DNA of 53,397 nt, taken from the NCBI GenBank assembly GCA_043718695.1, contig JAYSVF010000100.1, positions 1 to 53,397 on the forward strand, written 5' to 3'. Position 1 is the stretch's first letter. Each line of letters begins with the position of its first letter. A model generated the notes under the pieces. That model was given only the letters and a program-made list of their open reading frames with translations. It did no database searches and was not told the origin of the DNA. Positions 9,965-18,611 of the stretch are shown here, in pieces. A program made the position numbers and the translations under genes. The stretch comes from Acidimicrobiia bacterium (GTDB taxonomy: Bacteria > Actinomycetota > Acidimicrobiia > Acidimicrobiales > JANYDT01).

Positions 9965-10225
9965 TGAGTCGTCCTTTTCGGTTGAGTCTTGACACTGGAG
10001 GATTCGGGGCAAGCCCTGAACCCGAGTCTCCGCAGCGTAGGGGAAACTTCAACGCCGCGCACGATCGGGGCCGTGTCGGAGCCCCGCAGGAGTTTCGGGC
10101 TGGCTATCCGCGTGGGGTTTTGAGGTCCCGATTACGATTGAAATGTTGGTGACTCTCCGGAACTCCGAAGAAGGCGTAACAGCTCCAAGTGCACGGAGCG
10201 AATTTGGTCGTTAGAGTCAGGTTCT

Positions 10226-10684
10226 ATGACCGATCATCAAGCTGTGTGCGAAACCGTCTATCGCTATGCCTATGCGCTCGACAACCGCGACTGGGTGCTC
10301 TACCGCTCGATCTTTGCCGACGAAGTGGATTTTGATTTCTCCACCTACCACGGTAGACCGGGAGTTCGTATGCGCGCAGATGACTTGGTTGCCTCAGCTG
10401 CGAAACTGTTCGCAGGTTTCCACGCAACGCAACACACCATGAGTAATCCAATCGTGGAAATTGATGGCGGCTCGGCTCGTTGCAGTATGTACATCCAAGC
10501 CGCTCACTCGGTGGATCCCGATCCGGAAGCACCGTGGTTCATCATGGGCGGACACTACGAGGATCATCTCATTCGGCACAACGGCGGTTGGCTGCTCGAC
10601 GGAGTCTGTATGAAACTTCGCTGGACCCGCGGCGACAAAAACATCATGCGCGCTGCTGTGGCTCATTCGCGTAAAGCGAGTTGA
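10226..10684 (+). CDS. SnoaL-like / NTF2-fold protein
   Basis: VYRYAYALDNRDWVLYRSIFADEVDFDFS is the typical SnoaL_4-type opening; size is 152 aa. Confidence 0.75.
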   Translation: MTDHQAVCETVYRYAYALDNRDWVLYRSIFADEVDFDFSTYHGRPGVRMRADDLVASAAKLFAGFHATQHTMSNPIVEIDGGSARCSMYIQAAHSVDPDPEAPWFIMGGHYEDHLIRHNGGWLLDGVCMKLRWTRGDKNIMRAAVAHSRKAS

Positions 10685-10776
10685 CTCGACCCAACCGCAT
10701 GAAGTGACCTCACCGTGTCGAACCGGCGTGAGCCAAGACCAAAGGTGAGCCAGACAGGCATGAGCTAGACCGAAAT

Positions 10777-10806
10777 GAACCGAACCGCAACGAACCGAAC
10801 CGCAAC
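10777..10806. repeat. perfect 15-nt tandem duplication GAACCGAACCGCAAC x2, at the end of a degenerate repeat tract starting about 10728
   Basis: Read directly from the sequence. It is immediately followed by the RBS GAAGGAG (10807-10813) and the ATG at 10815. Confidence 0.9.
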
Positions 10807-10814
10807 GAAGGAGT

Positions 10815-11216
10815 ATGAAAATGATTGAGCTTGCTGACCGAATCGAATTGCATGAACTTCCGGGCCGCTACGGCGATGCCATTGACGACCGGAACTGGGA
10901 CGGCCTCGACGCAATCTTCACTCCCGACGCAACCTTTGACCTCACCGATCTTGGCTCGAAGCTGCTCGTCGGTCTCCCTGAAATCAAACAGTTCATGGAC
11001 GTTGAAGCGCAGCACCCGCGTACGCACATGATGACCAATATCTACGTCGACGACACCCCTGAAGGCGTGAAGCTCTGCTTCCGAATCGTCGCCCTGCGCG
11101 GTGGTGGACTGGTAGGAACGGCCTCCTACTACGACGACGTCGTCAAAACCCCACACGGCTGGCGAGTGAAAGACCGCGTCGTAACCCTCCGTCGCCGCAA
11201 TCCGGTAGGCAACTAG
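10815..11216 (+). CDS. SnoaL-like / NTF2-fold protein
   Basis: IELHELPGRYGDAIDDRNWDGLDAIFTPDATFDL; 133 aa; strong RBS. Confidence 0.75.
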   Translation: MKMIELADRIELHELPGRYGDAIDDRNWDGLDAIFTPDATFDLTDLGSKLLVGLPEIKQFMDVEAQHPRTHMMTNIYVDDTPEGVKLCFRIVALRGGGLVGTASYYDDVVKTPHGWRVKDRVVTLRRRNPVGN

Positions 11217-11302
11217 ACCGTTTGACTAATTGAGGGAGGACATTCAAGCAAAGAGTAATTCGCGCGGTGGTTGCGGTTTTAGAATTTTGACACAGTGGTC
11301 AA

Positions 11303-11830
11303 GTGCCGCCGAGACGACAAGGGGCATTGAAGAAAAGACTCATCGTGATTGAACTGCCTGGAACACCAGACATGAACTCCCGGATTGCTCCGCCCGAAGC
11401 TTGTGTGCTGAACCAAGAGGACCGGTGCCCACTAGTTGAGATCAGAACTGCTCCTCATCCCGACGGCCGCGAAACACCTCCCCGCACCAATGACCGCGTG
11501 TGGGCGAAGGTTCGTGTGCCAGTACCCGCAGATCCAATGTTGCACGCCTGTCTCCTGGCCTTTGTCGCCGATATTGGTGCAGGATTTGGTGATGTTGCCG
11601 GGCCGGGAGTTCCCCTATTCGGTCCAAGTATTGCCTTCTCCCTTTGGTTTCACGGCACAGCGAACATGAACAACTGGGTATTGTTTGAATCGTCGGCTCT
11701 CAAGGTTGGCGGGCATCGTGGCTTGTATCGCAGCTCGGCGCATTCTGCTGATGGTCAACTCATCGCGATGGTCAACCAAGAAATACTGAACCTTCGATCG
11801 GGGCAGTCGAGCAAAGAATCGAGGGGATGA
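11303..11830 (+). pseudogene. acyl-CoA thioesterase II (TesB-like), C-terminal hotdog domain only
   Basis: RVWAKVRVPVPADPMLHACLLAFVADIG...SLWFHGTANMNNWVLFES...GRGLYRS...GQLIAMVNQE matches the second hotdog half of TesB. Only about 220 bp lie upstream, so there is no room for the first half. Confidence 0.55.
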
Positions 11831-11990
11831 AAACGACTCAGGAGGAGTCATTTAGCTCCCATCGATTCGAACGACGGTATTGCTACCGTTTTGCGATTGC
11901 AAAATCGTTGGGCAATACTCGGCCATTCGCTCCTGGGTTTGTTTTGTCGCGCAGAACCTGAGCGAACGTATTTTGTATTCGCGCTTATGA

Positions 11991-13757
11991 ATGGCCGGAG
12001 GGCCGATGACCAACGTTCGATGGATCGAAGACACCCCGTATGGATCGAAGACTCCGTTTTGGACGCGGGCCAATGCGGGCGAAGTGCTTCCGGCCCCGCC
12101 GAGTCCTTCGGCTTGGGACTTGGTATTCGACAACGGTGGCTCGGTCGCTGGGTGGCGTGACTGCGCCGTCAATCGGTTAGGTGTCGATAACAGCGAGTTG
12201 AGCGCGAATGAGAACCAGTGCGAATTCATCGGTCTCATCGGTGGGTATGCCTACCTTGGTGCTACGTGGATTCGTGTGTGGGCCGAGCGCACTCCTGGCA
12301 TGTCGGCCGCAGCTATCGATCAGGCGTATTTCGGTGACCATCCCGATGTCCCGGTTTATGTGGCTGAGCCGTGGCATGAGAATCCGCGTACGAGCGAAGT
12401 GATGACCGGGTGGTTGGGTTGGGTGATGGGGTCCATGGAGCAAAACGAGTTGGAAGCAGATCGGCTTGCGGCAATCGCTATTCGCAAGCAACGCCCCGAT
12501 CTTTCCAAACTGAGCGACGACGAATTGCTTGATCATTGTGTGGCTTTGCGTCCGGTGTGTCGACGGATGTTTGATCAGCACATCAACCAAAGCGGTGCCG
12601 CCTCAATCGGGCCCGGTGCGTTGGGTGCCATTTGCGCTGCCGTTGGACGTCCGGGTGACGTGTTGAGCTTGATCGCTGGGCAAGGCGGCGTTGACTCCGC
12701 AGCACCTTCTTATGCCATGTGGGAGCTCGGTCGCGCCGCCGCTGCATCACCGGCAGTGGCAGCACTTTTTGATGCGGGTCCTCATGGCTTGAACATGGTC
12801 TTGCGAGCTTCGCAGAGCCTCGCCGTTGTGAGTTACGTTGCCGCGCTTGATGAGTTTCTCAAGGAGTTCGGCTCACGTGGTCCCAACGAATGGGACGTCC
12901 ACGCCGAAACCTGGGAAACCGAGCCCGATCTGGCTCTCGGTCTCATCGACCACATGCGCCAAATGTCTGCAGCGCAAGACCCGTCGCTACGACACGACGA
13001 ACGAGAAGTTGAACGCAACCGTTTAACGGCAGAGATTCGCGCAATGCTGGTTGGCAACGACGAAGCGCTTGGAACATTCGATGCAGCCGTGAAGAGTGCA
13101 TCAACGTTTGTGCCCGGTCGTGAGCGTTCAAAGACCAATATCATTCGCGTCATTGAAGAAGTGCGCGTGGCTGTGCGCGAGCTCGGACGCAGGGCGGTTG
13201 AACGTGGACATATCGATCACCCCGTTGACCTCTGCATGTTGTTTGAAGACGAACTTCGCGCCTACGCCGCGGGGCAGCTGACCGATATTCGGGCCACCGT
13301 TGCTGCACGGTCGGCCCACTACGAATGGCTGCTCTCGTTGGAACCGCCATTCATTGTCAATGGTGTGGCCCCGAGCAACACAACATGGCCACGCAAATCG
13401 GATCATCAGTCTACGATGCTGAAGGTTGGCGAGAGTATTCAGGGGATGCCTGGTTGTCCGGGAATAGTACGTGGACGTGCTTGTGTGATTCTCGATCCTT
13501 CGGATTCAACCGAACTCGAATCCGACGACATTCTCGTCGCCCCCATGACCGATCCCGCATGGACTCCACTGTTCGTTCCAGCGTCAGCCGTAGTGGTCAA
13601 CGTTGGTGCGGCGCTAAGCCATGCCATCATCGTGAGCCGCGAGCTCGGGATTCCCTGTGCAGTTTCGGTGACCGATGCCACCCATCGCATCCCCCATGGC
13701 GCAACCATCGAAGTCGATGGAACCACCGGCACCGTCACCCTGATCGCCCTTCCCTAA
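11991..13757 (+). CDS. PEP-utilising-enzyme family protein (swivel phosphohistidine domain) lacking an ATP-grasp domain
   Basis: C-terminus GCPGIVRGRACVI...ILVAPMTDPAWTPLF...VVVNVGAALSHAIIVSRELGIPCAV is the PEP-utilising mobile domain. The N-terminus FWTRANAGEVLPAPPSP resembles the region after the ATP-grasp in PEP synthase/rifampicin-phosphotransferase-like proteins. An alternative start is at 12006. Confidence 0.8.
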   Translation: MAGGPMTNVRWIEDTPYGSKTPFWTRANAGEVLPAPPSPSAWDLVFDNGGSVAGWRDCAVNRLGVDNSELSANENQCEFIGLIGGYAYLGATWIRVWAERTPGMSAAAIDQAYFGDHPDVPVYVAEPWHENPRTSEVMTGWLGWVMGSMEQNELEADRLAAIAIRKQRPDLSKLSDDELLDHCVALRPVCRRMFDQHINQSGAASIGPGALGAICAAVGRPGDVLSLIAGQGGVDSAAPSYAMWELGRAAAASPAVAALFDAGPHGLNMVLRASQSLAVVSYVAALDEFLKEFGSRGPNEWDVHAETWETEPDLALGLIDHMRQMSAAQDPSLRHDEREVERNRLTAEIRAMLVGNDEALGTFDAAVKSASTFVPGRERSKTNIIRVIEEVRVAVRELGRRAVERGHIDHPVDLCMLFEDELRAYAAGQLTDIRATVAARSAHYEWLLSLEPPFIVNGVAPSNTTWPRKSDHQSTMLKVGESIQGMPGCPGIVRGRACVILDPSDSTELESDDILVAPMTDPAWTPLFVPASAVVVNVGAALSHAIIVSRELGIPCAVSVTDATHRIPHGATIEVDGTTGTVTLIALP

Positions 13758-13790
13758 AGCAGGAAAGCGCGCACATCCCCTAGGTTTGGC

Positions 13791-15659
13791 CTAGCCCACT
13801 TCAGCTGCGGCGGCAGCGAACTGGGAGTTATAGAGGGTGAAGTATGGGCCGGCGTTTCTGATGAGTTCGTCGTGGGTTCCCTGTTCGACGATACGTCCGG
13901 CGTCCATCATCAAGATCGTGTCGGCATCTCGAATAGTCGAAAGCCGATGCGCAATCACAAAACTGGTTCTCTGTGACCGGAGCGCTGCCATGGCGTGTTG
14001 AATCAGAACCTCTGTACGCGTATCAACGGAGCTTGTGGCTTCGTCGAGAATGAGGATCGCCGGATCAGCCAGGAATGCGCGAGCGATGGTGATGAGCTGT
14101 CGTTGACCGGAACTCACGTTGGATCCGGAATCGTCAAGAACCGTGTCATAGCCAAGTGGGAGCGAATGCACAAAGCGATCTACATACGTCGCACGAGCTG
14201 CCGCCATCAAATCGGCTTCGCTAGCCTTGAGGTTGCCATAGGCGATGTTGTCGCGAATCGTGCCTTCAAACAGCCACGCGTCTTGGAGAACCATACCCAT
14301 TTGGGAACGCAACTCGCGCCGGGGCATCGAAGCGATATCGCGTCCGTCGACACGAATCTGTCCCCCGTTGAGTTCATAGAACCGCATCAGCAAGTTCACC
14401 AATGTGGTTTTGCCGGCACCGGTTGGCCCCACGATGGCGACGGTTCGACCTCGTTCGGCAACCAACGACAATCCTTCGATCAGCGGTTTCTCGGGAAGGT
14501 ATGCGAACGAAACATTGTCAAACTCAACGAGCCCGCGTACCTCGCCAACTATTGGCCCGCCTACCTCGGCAACTTCTTCAGGGGCATCGAGAAACTCAAA
14601 AACCCGTTCGGCTGAGGCGACGCCGGATTGCAAAATATTGGCCATCGACGACAGCTGCATGAGGGGCATGCTGAGCTGACGGGAGTACTGGAAGAACGCT
14701 TGAAGATCGCCGAGTGTCATCGAACCCGAGGAAACCCGCACACCGCCGATCACGGCAATCGCCACAAAGTTCAGGTTGTTGAGAAAGTTGCTCCCAGACT
14801 GAATCGACAGCGAAATGGCCTGGGCCGAAAAGCTTGCCTGGTACAGCTTCTCGTTCTCCACGTCGAAAGTTCGTTCAACATCTTCTTGTCGTCCGAATGC
14901 TTTCACCAGTGCGTGGCCGGTGAACACTTCCTCGATGTGGGCGTTGAGTGTGCCGGTATGTTTCCACTGTGCCATGAAGCGTTTGCGTGATCGCTTGGCA
15001 ATGAACTTCACCATCACCAGCGTTGCCGGGATCAACAACACCGAAACGATGGCGAGAATCCACGAGATCGTAAACATCATGATCAACACACCAAACAATG
15101 TCAACGTAGAGGTGAGGATCATCGACAAGCTCTGTTGCACACTTTGCGCCACGTTGTCGATGTCATTGGTGACACGGCTCAGTAGATCACCGCGTGGTTG
15201 TGAGTCCACATACTTCAGCGGCAGCGCATTGAGTTTGTCTTCCACCTCGGCACGCAAGGTACGCATGGTTCGTTGCACCACGCCCGCGAGGATTCGGCCT
15301 TGAATCCAGTTTAGAAGGGAAGAAGCAAAGGAAAGGACGACGGCAAAGATCAGTATTCCTCGAAGCCCCGAAAAATCCACACCCGATGGAGAACGAAGTC
15401 CGCTGAACACGAGATTCGTGCCTCGCCCAAGGACCTTGGGGGTGGCGACCGAAAGCCCCATCGCGACGACGGCCATGGTGATCACCACGATCACCTTGAA
15501 ACGCTCTGGGCCTAACCGGCTGGCCAGTCGTTTTGCCGAAGCCTTAAAGTTTTCCGACTTCTCCACAGGCATTCCCGCGCTGGCCATCCGCCCGACAGGA
15601 CCCGGAGATGAGACGGCACGAGCCGCTGCTGCTTGCGATGCTGAAGGCTTGTCGCTCAT
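13791..15659 (-). CDS. ABC exporter, fused permease-ATPase subunit (MsbA/MdlB type)
   Basis: Six-TM-like N-terminus, Walker A GPTGAGKTT, signature SSGQRQ and Walker B ILILDEATS. Confidence 0.9.
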   Translation of the reverse strand: MSDKPSASQAAAARAVSSPGPVGRMASAGMPVEKSENFKASAKRLASRLGPERFKVIVVITMAVVAMGLSVATPKVLGRGTNLVFSGLRSPSGVDFSGLRGILIFAVVLSFASSLLNWIQGRILAGVVQRTMRTLRAEVEDKLNALPLKYVDSQPRGDLLSRVTNDIDNVAQSVQQSLSMILTSTLTLFGVLIMMFTISWILAIVSVLLIPATLVMVKFIAKRSRKRFMAQWKHTGTLNAHIEEVFTGHALVKAFGRQEDVERTFDVENEKLYQASFSAQAISLSIQSGSNFLNNLNFVAIAVIGGVRVSSGSMTLGDLQAFFQYSRQLSMPLMQLSSMANILQSGVASAERVFEFLDAPEEVAEVGGPIVGEVRGLVEFDNVSFAYLPEKPLIEGLSLVAERGRTVAIVGPTGAGKTTLVNLLMRFYELNGGQIRVDGRDIASMPRRELRSQMGMVLQDAWLFEGTIRDNIAYGNLKASEADLMAAARATYVDRFVHSLPLGYDTVLDDSGSNVSSGQRQLITIARAFLADPAILILDEATSSVDTRTEVLIQHAMAALRSQRTSFVIAHRLSTIRDADTILMMDAGRIVEQGTHDELIRNAGPYFTLYNSQFAAAAAEVG

Positions 15660-17392
15660 GCTGCTACCTCCTGCTCGGCGCGTTGCGATGAAACAATCTC
15701 GGCATAGGTTTCACAGGAATGAAGAAGCTCTGTGTGCGTACCAATCCCAACCGCTTCACCATCTTCGAGCACCAGAATCTGATCGGCTCCGGCAATGGTG
15801 GAGACACGCTGCGCGACCACCAACACAATGGCGTTGGTGGTGTGCGGTTTGAGCGCAGCGCGCAGTCGAGCATCGGTGGCGAGATCGAGGGCCGAGAAGG
15901 AATCATCGAACAGGTAAATCTCTGGCTTGTGTACTAAAGCCCGAGCGATAGCTAAGCGTTGACGTTGTCCGCCTGAAACGTTGCTCCCGCCCTGGCTGAT
16001 CGCGGATTCCAAGCCGTTGGGCATGGCTCGCACGAAATCGGCGGCTTGCGCAATCTCCAGTGCCTCCCAAAGCTCCGCTTCAGTAGCATCGGGTTTTCCG
16101 AAACGCAGGTTGGTAGCCACCGTCCCCGAGAAGAGGAACGGACGTTGCGGGACCAAACCAAGACGAGACCACAAGACCTCAGGTGCGAGCTCGCGGAGAT
16201 CAACTCCACCCAGTTGCACCGAACCCGATGTTGCGTCAAAGAGTCGAGGTATGAGGTGAAGGAGCGTGGTTTTTCCTGAGCCGGTGCTGCCGATGATTGC
16301 CAGTGTTTGCCCAGCTTTGACGGTGAAGGAGATGTTGTTCACCACAGGTGACTCTGCGCCGGGATAGTGGAAGCTCACATTCTGCACAGCCAACGTTCCG
16401 GGTGTCTTCAAGTCCGCGACCGGGCTGGTGGGAATGACCACGGAACTATCGGTAGTGAGAACTTCCATGATGCGATCGGCGCAGACCGCGGCGCGAGGAA
16501 CCATAATCACCACAAACGTCGCCATCATGACCGAACCAAGCACCTGGCCCAGATAGGAAAGAAATGCCACCAGCGACCCGATCTTCATGGCACCCGAGCT
16601 GATCCGATTCGCCCCGATCCATACGGCCGCTGCCATCGACACGTTCATCACCAACATGACGGAGGGAAACATGCGGGCCATCAGGCGTCCAGCTCGCTCC
16701 GATGTGTCTGTGAGGCCGTCATTGGCGCTAGCGAATCGCTTGACTTCATCAGGTTCACGCACGAATGCCCGCACGACGCGAATGCCAATAATCTGTTCAC
16801 GAAGTATTCGGTTTACATTATCTATGCGTACTTGCATTTCGCGAAACTGGGGGACCATCAACGCAACGGTCGATCCGGCCAACAGCACGAGAACGGGAAT
16901 GCTGGCGAGCATCAACGTCGACAGGCCTAGGTCTTCACGAAGAGCCATGATCACGCCACCGACCATGGTGAGGGGAGCAGCGACCAACATCGTGCAACCC
17001 ATAACCACGAGCATCTGGACCTGCTGCACATCGTTGGTGATTCGGGTGATGAGCGAGGAGGCACCGAACTTGTTGACCTCACGAGCTGAGTAGCCGGTAA
17101 CGGTATGGAACAGGCCGCTACGAACATCCTTGCCAAATCCCATGGCGATCTTGGCGCCGAAATACACCGCACCGATGGAGAATGCCACCTGAACCAGTGT
17201 CACCCCGAGCATGATCAGCCCAGTTCTCCAAATGTATCCAGAATCGTTTTTGGCAATACCCTTATCGATTATGTCAGCCGACAAATCGGGAAGATACAGC
17301 ACGGCGATGGTCTGGATGAGCTGCAGGACCGAAACGACGATGAGCGGCCATCGGTATTTGGCAAGGTGCATTCGGAGCAAGCGGATAAGCAT
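15656..17392 (-). CDS. ABC exporter, fused permease-ATPase subunit (heterodimer partner)
   Basis: Walker A GSTGSGKTT, signature VSGGQRQR and Walker B IYLFDDSFS. It overlaps the downstream partner gene by 4 nt. Confidence 0.9.
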   Translation of the reverse strand: MLIRLLRMHLAKYRWPLIVVSVLQLIQTIAVLYLPDLSADIIDKGIAKNDSGYIWRTGLIMLGVTLVQVAFSIGAVYFGAKIAMGFGKDVRSGLFHTVTGYSAREVNKFGASSLITRITNDVQQVQMLVVMGCTMLVAAPLTMVGGVIMALREDLGLSTLMLASIPVLVLLAGSTVALMVPQFREMQVRIDNVNRILREQIIGIRVVRAFVREPDEVKRFASANDGLTDTSERAGRLMARMFPSVMLVMNVSMAAAVWIGANRISSGAMKIGSLVAFLSYLGQVLGSVMMATFVVIMVPRAAVCADRIMEVLTTDSSVVIPTSPVADLKTPGTLAVQNVSFHYPGAESPVVNNISFTVKAGQTLAIIGSTGSGKTTLLHLIPRLFDATSGSVQLGGVDLRELAPEVLWSRLGLVPQRPFLFSGTVATNLRFGKPDATEAELWEALEIAQAADFVRAMPNGLESAISQGGSNVSGGQRQRLAIARALVHKPEIYLFDDSFSALDLATDARLRAALKPHTTNAIVLVVAQRVSTIAGADQILVLEDGEAVGIGTHTELLHSCETYAEIVSSQRAEQEVAA

Positions 17393-17516
17393 GAGGCCTT
17401 AGAACTTAGGTCGTGTTGCTGATTGTGCCCAACCCATTGCGGTGACTTTGGGCCTGACCCCAAGCGGTCTGGTGGGCGACTGGCGACGCGGAGGCGAACG
17501 GTGCCAGAGTTGGCGA

Positions 17517-18551
17517 ATGAGCGCAGCGAAGGATCATCGACCCGAAACGTGGCTTCCCCTCACGCAGGAAGAGGTGATTGAGCCGGAACTTGGGATCGTT
17601 GATCCGCACCATCACCTTTGGGACTACAGCGGTAAACCGGGATACCAGCCGAAGTACCTTCTCGATGACCTGCACGCCGACACCGGGAGTGGCCACCGAA
17701 TCGATGCCACGGTGTTCGTCGAGTGCAGCTGGGCCTACCGAACCGATGGTCCCGTTGAACTGCGTGAAGTGGGCGAAACCGAGTTTGTAGCCGCGCAGGC
17801 TGCGCTGTCACTAGAGCGGATCGGCCAGGCGCCGATTGGGGCCATCGTCGGAGCATGCGATCTCCGGCTCGGTTCGAAACTCAACGGGGTTCTCGACGCC
17901 CACGAAAAGGCTGCCGCTGGCCTGTTCCGTGGAATTCGGCACCGCTTAGCCCATGACCCGACCGGCTCTGCGCGCACCAGCGCCCCCAACGAGAACATCG
18001 AAGGTCTTATGGGCACTGATGAGTTTCGCGCCGGTGTCGCTCTGCTCGGAACCCGTGGTCTCACCTTCGACGCTTGGATCTACCACGTTCAAATGCGGGA
18101 ACTCATTGCGCTGGCCAAAGCTGTTCCGGGAACGACGATCATTCTCGACCACATCGGCGGACCCTTGGCCGTTGGTGCCTATGAGGGTCGTTGGGAGGAA
18201 ATCCATTCGACCTGGCGTGGCGAACTTCAAGAACTTTCGAACTGTCCCAATGTCGTCGTCAAGGTTGGAGGAATTGGTATGCCTACGTACGGTAGCGGGT
18301 ACGAGGTTCGTGACCTTCCGCCAACGTCGGATCAAATCGTGACTCATTGGGGTGCGGACATGCGCTTCATCATTGACACCTTTGGTGCGGATCGGTGCAT
18401 GTTTGAATCGAACTTCCCGGTCGACAAAGTGTCGTTCTCGTATCGCATCATGTGGAACGCCTACAAGAAACTTTCAGCTCATTACTCCTCAACCGATCGA
18501 GAGCAACTGTTCTCTGGCACGGCCCGCCGCATCTACCGAGTGACGGCGTAA
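17517..18551 (+). CDS. amidohydrolase-2 family (metal-dependent hydrolase/decarboxylase)
   Basis: IVDPHHHLWD metal motif, TIILDHIGGP and CMFESNFPVD. The start is uncertain (ATG 17517 versus the upstream track start 17442). Confidence 0.8.
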   Translation: MSAAKDHRPETWLPLTQEEVIEPELGIVDPHHHLWDYSGKPGYQPKYLLDDLHADTGSGHRIDATVFVECSWAYRTDGPVELREVGETEFVAAQAALSLERIGQAPIGAIVGACDLRLGSKLNGVLDAHEKAAAGLFRGIRHRLAHDPTGSARTSAPNENIEGLMGTDEFRAGVALLGTRGLTFDAWIYHVQMRELIALAKAVPGTTIILDHIGGPLAVGAYEGRWEEIHSTWRGELQELSNCPNVVVKVGGIGMPTYGSGYEVRDLPPTSDQIVTHWGADMRFIIDTFGADRCMFESNFPVDKVSFSYRIMWNAYKKLSAHYSSTDREQLFSGTARRIYRVTA

Positions 18552-18564
18552 GGTGTGGCGAGTT

Positions 18565-18592
18565 TCCCGAGTTAGAGGCTCCTAACTCGGGA
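18565..18592. terminator. 11-bp perfect hairpin between convergent genes (candidate bidirectional terminator)
   Basis: TCCCGAGTTAG-aggctc-CTAACTCGGGA, read directly. It lies between the stop at 18551 (+) and the stop at 18612 (-). There is no strong U-tract. Confidence 0.45.
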
Positions 18593-18611
18593 CCCGTCGA
18601 CGGAGAACCGG

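Noticed and set aside
10728-10806. Tandem repeats here, at 35244-35315 and at 44389-44424, considered as CRISPR arrays
   Set aside because: The units are contiguous with no spacers, only 9-17 nt long, and no cas genes are present.
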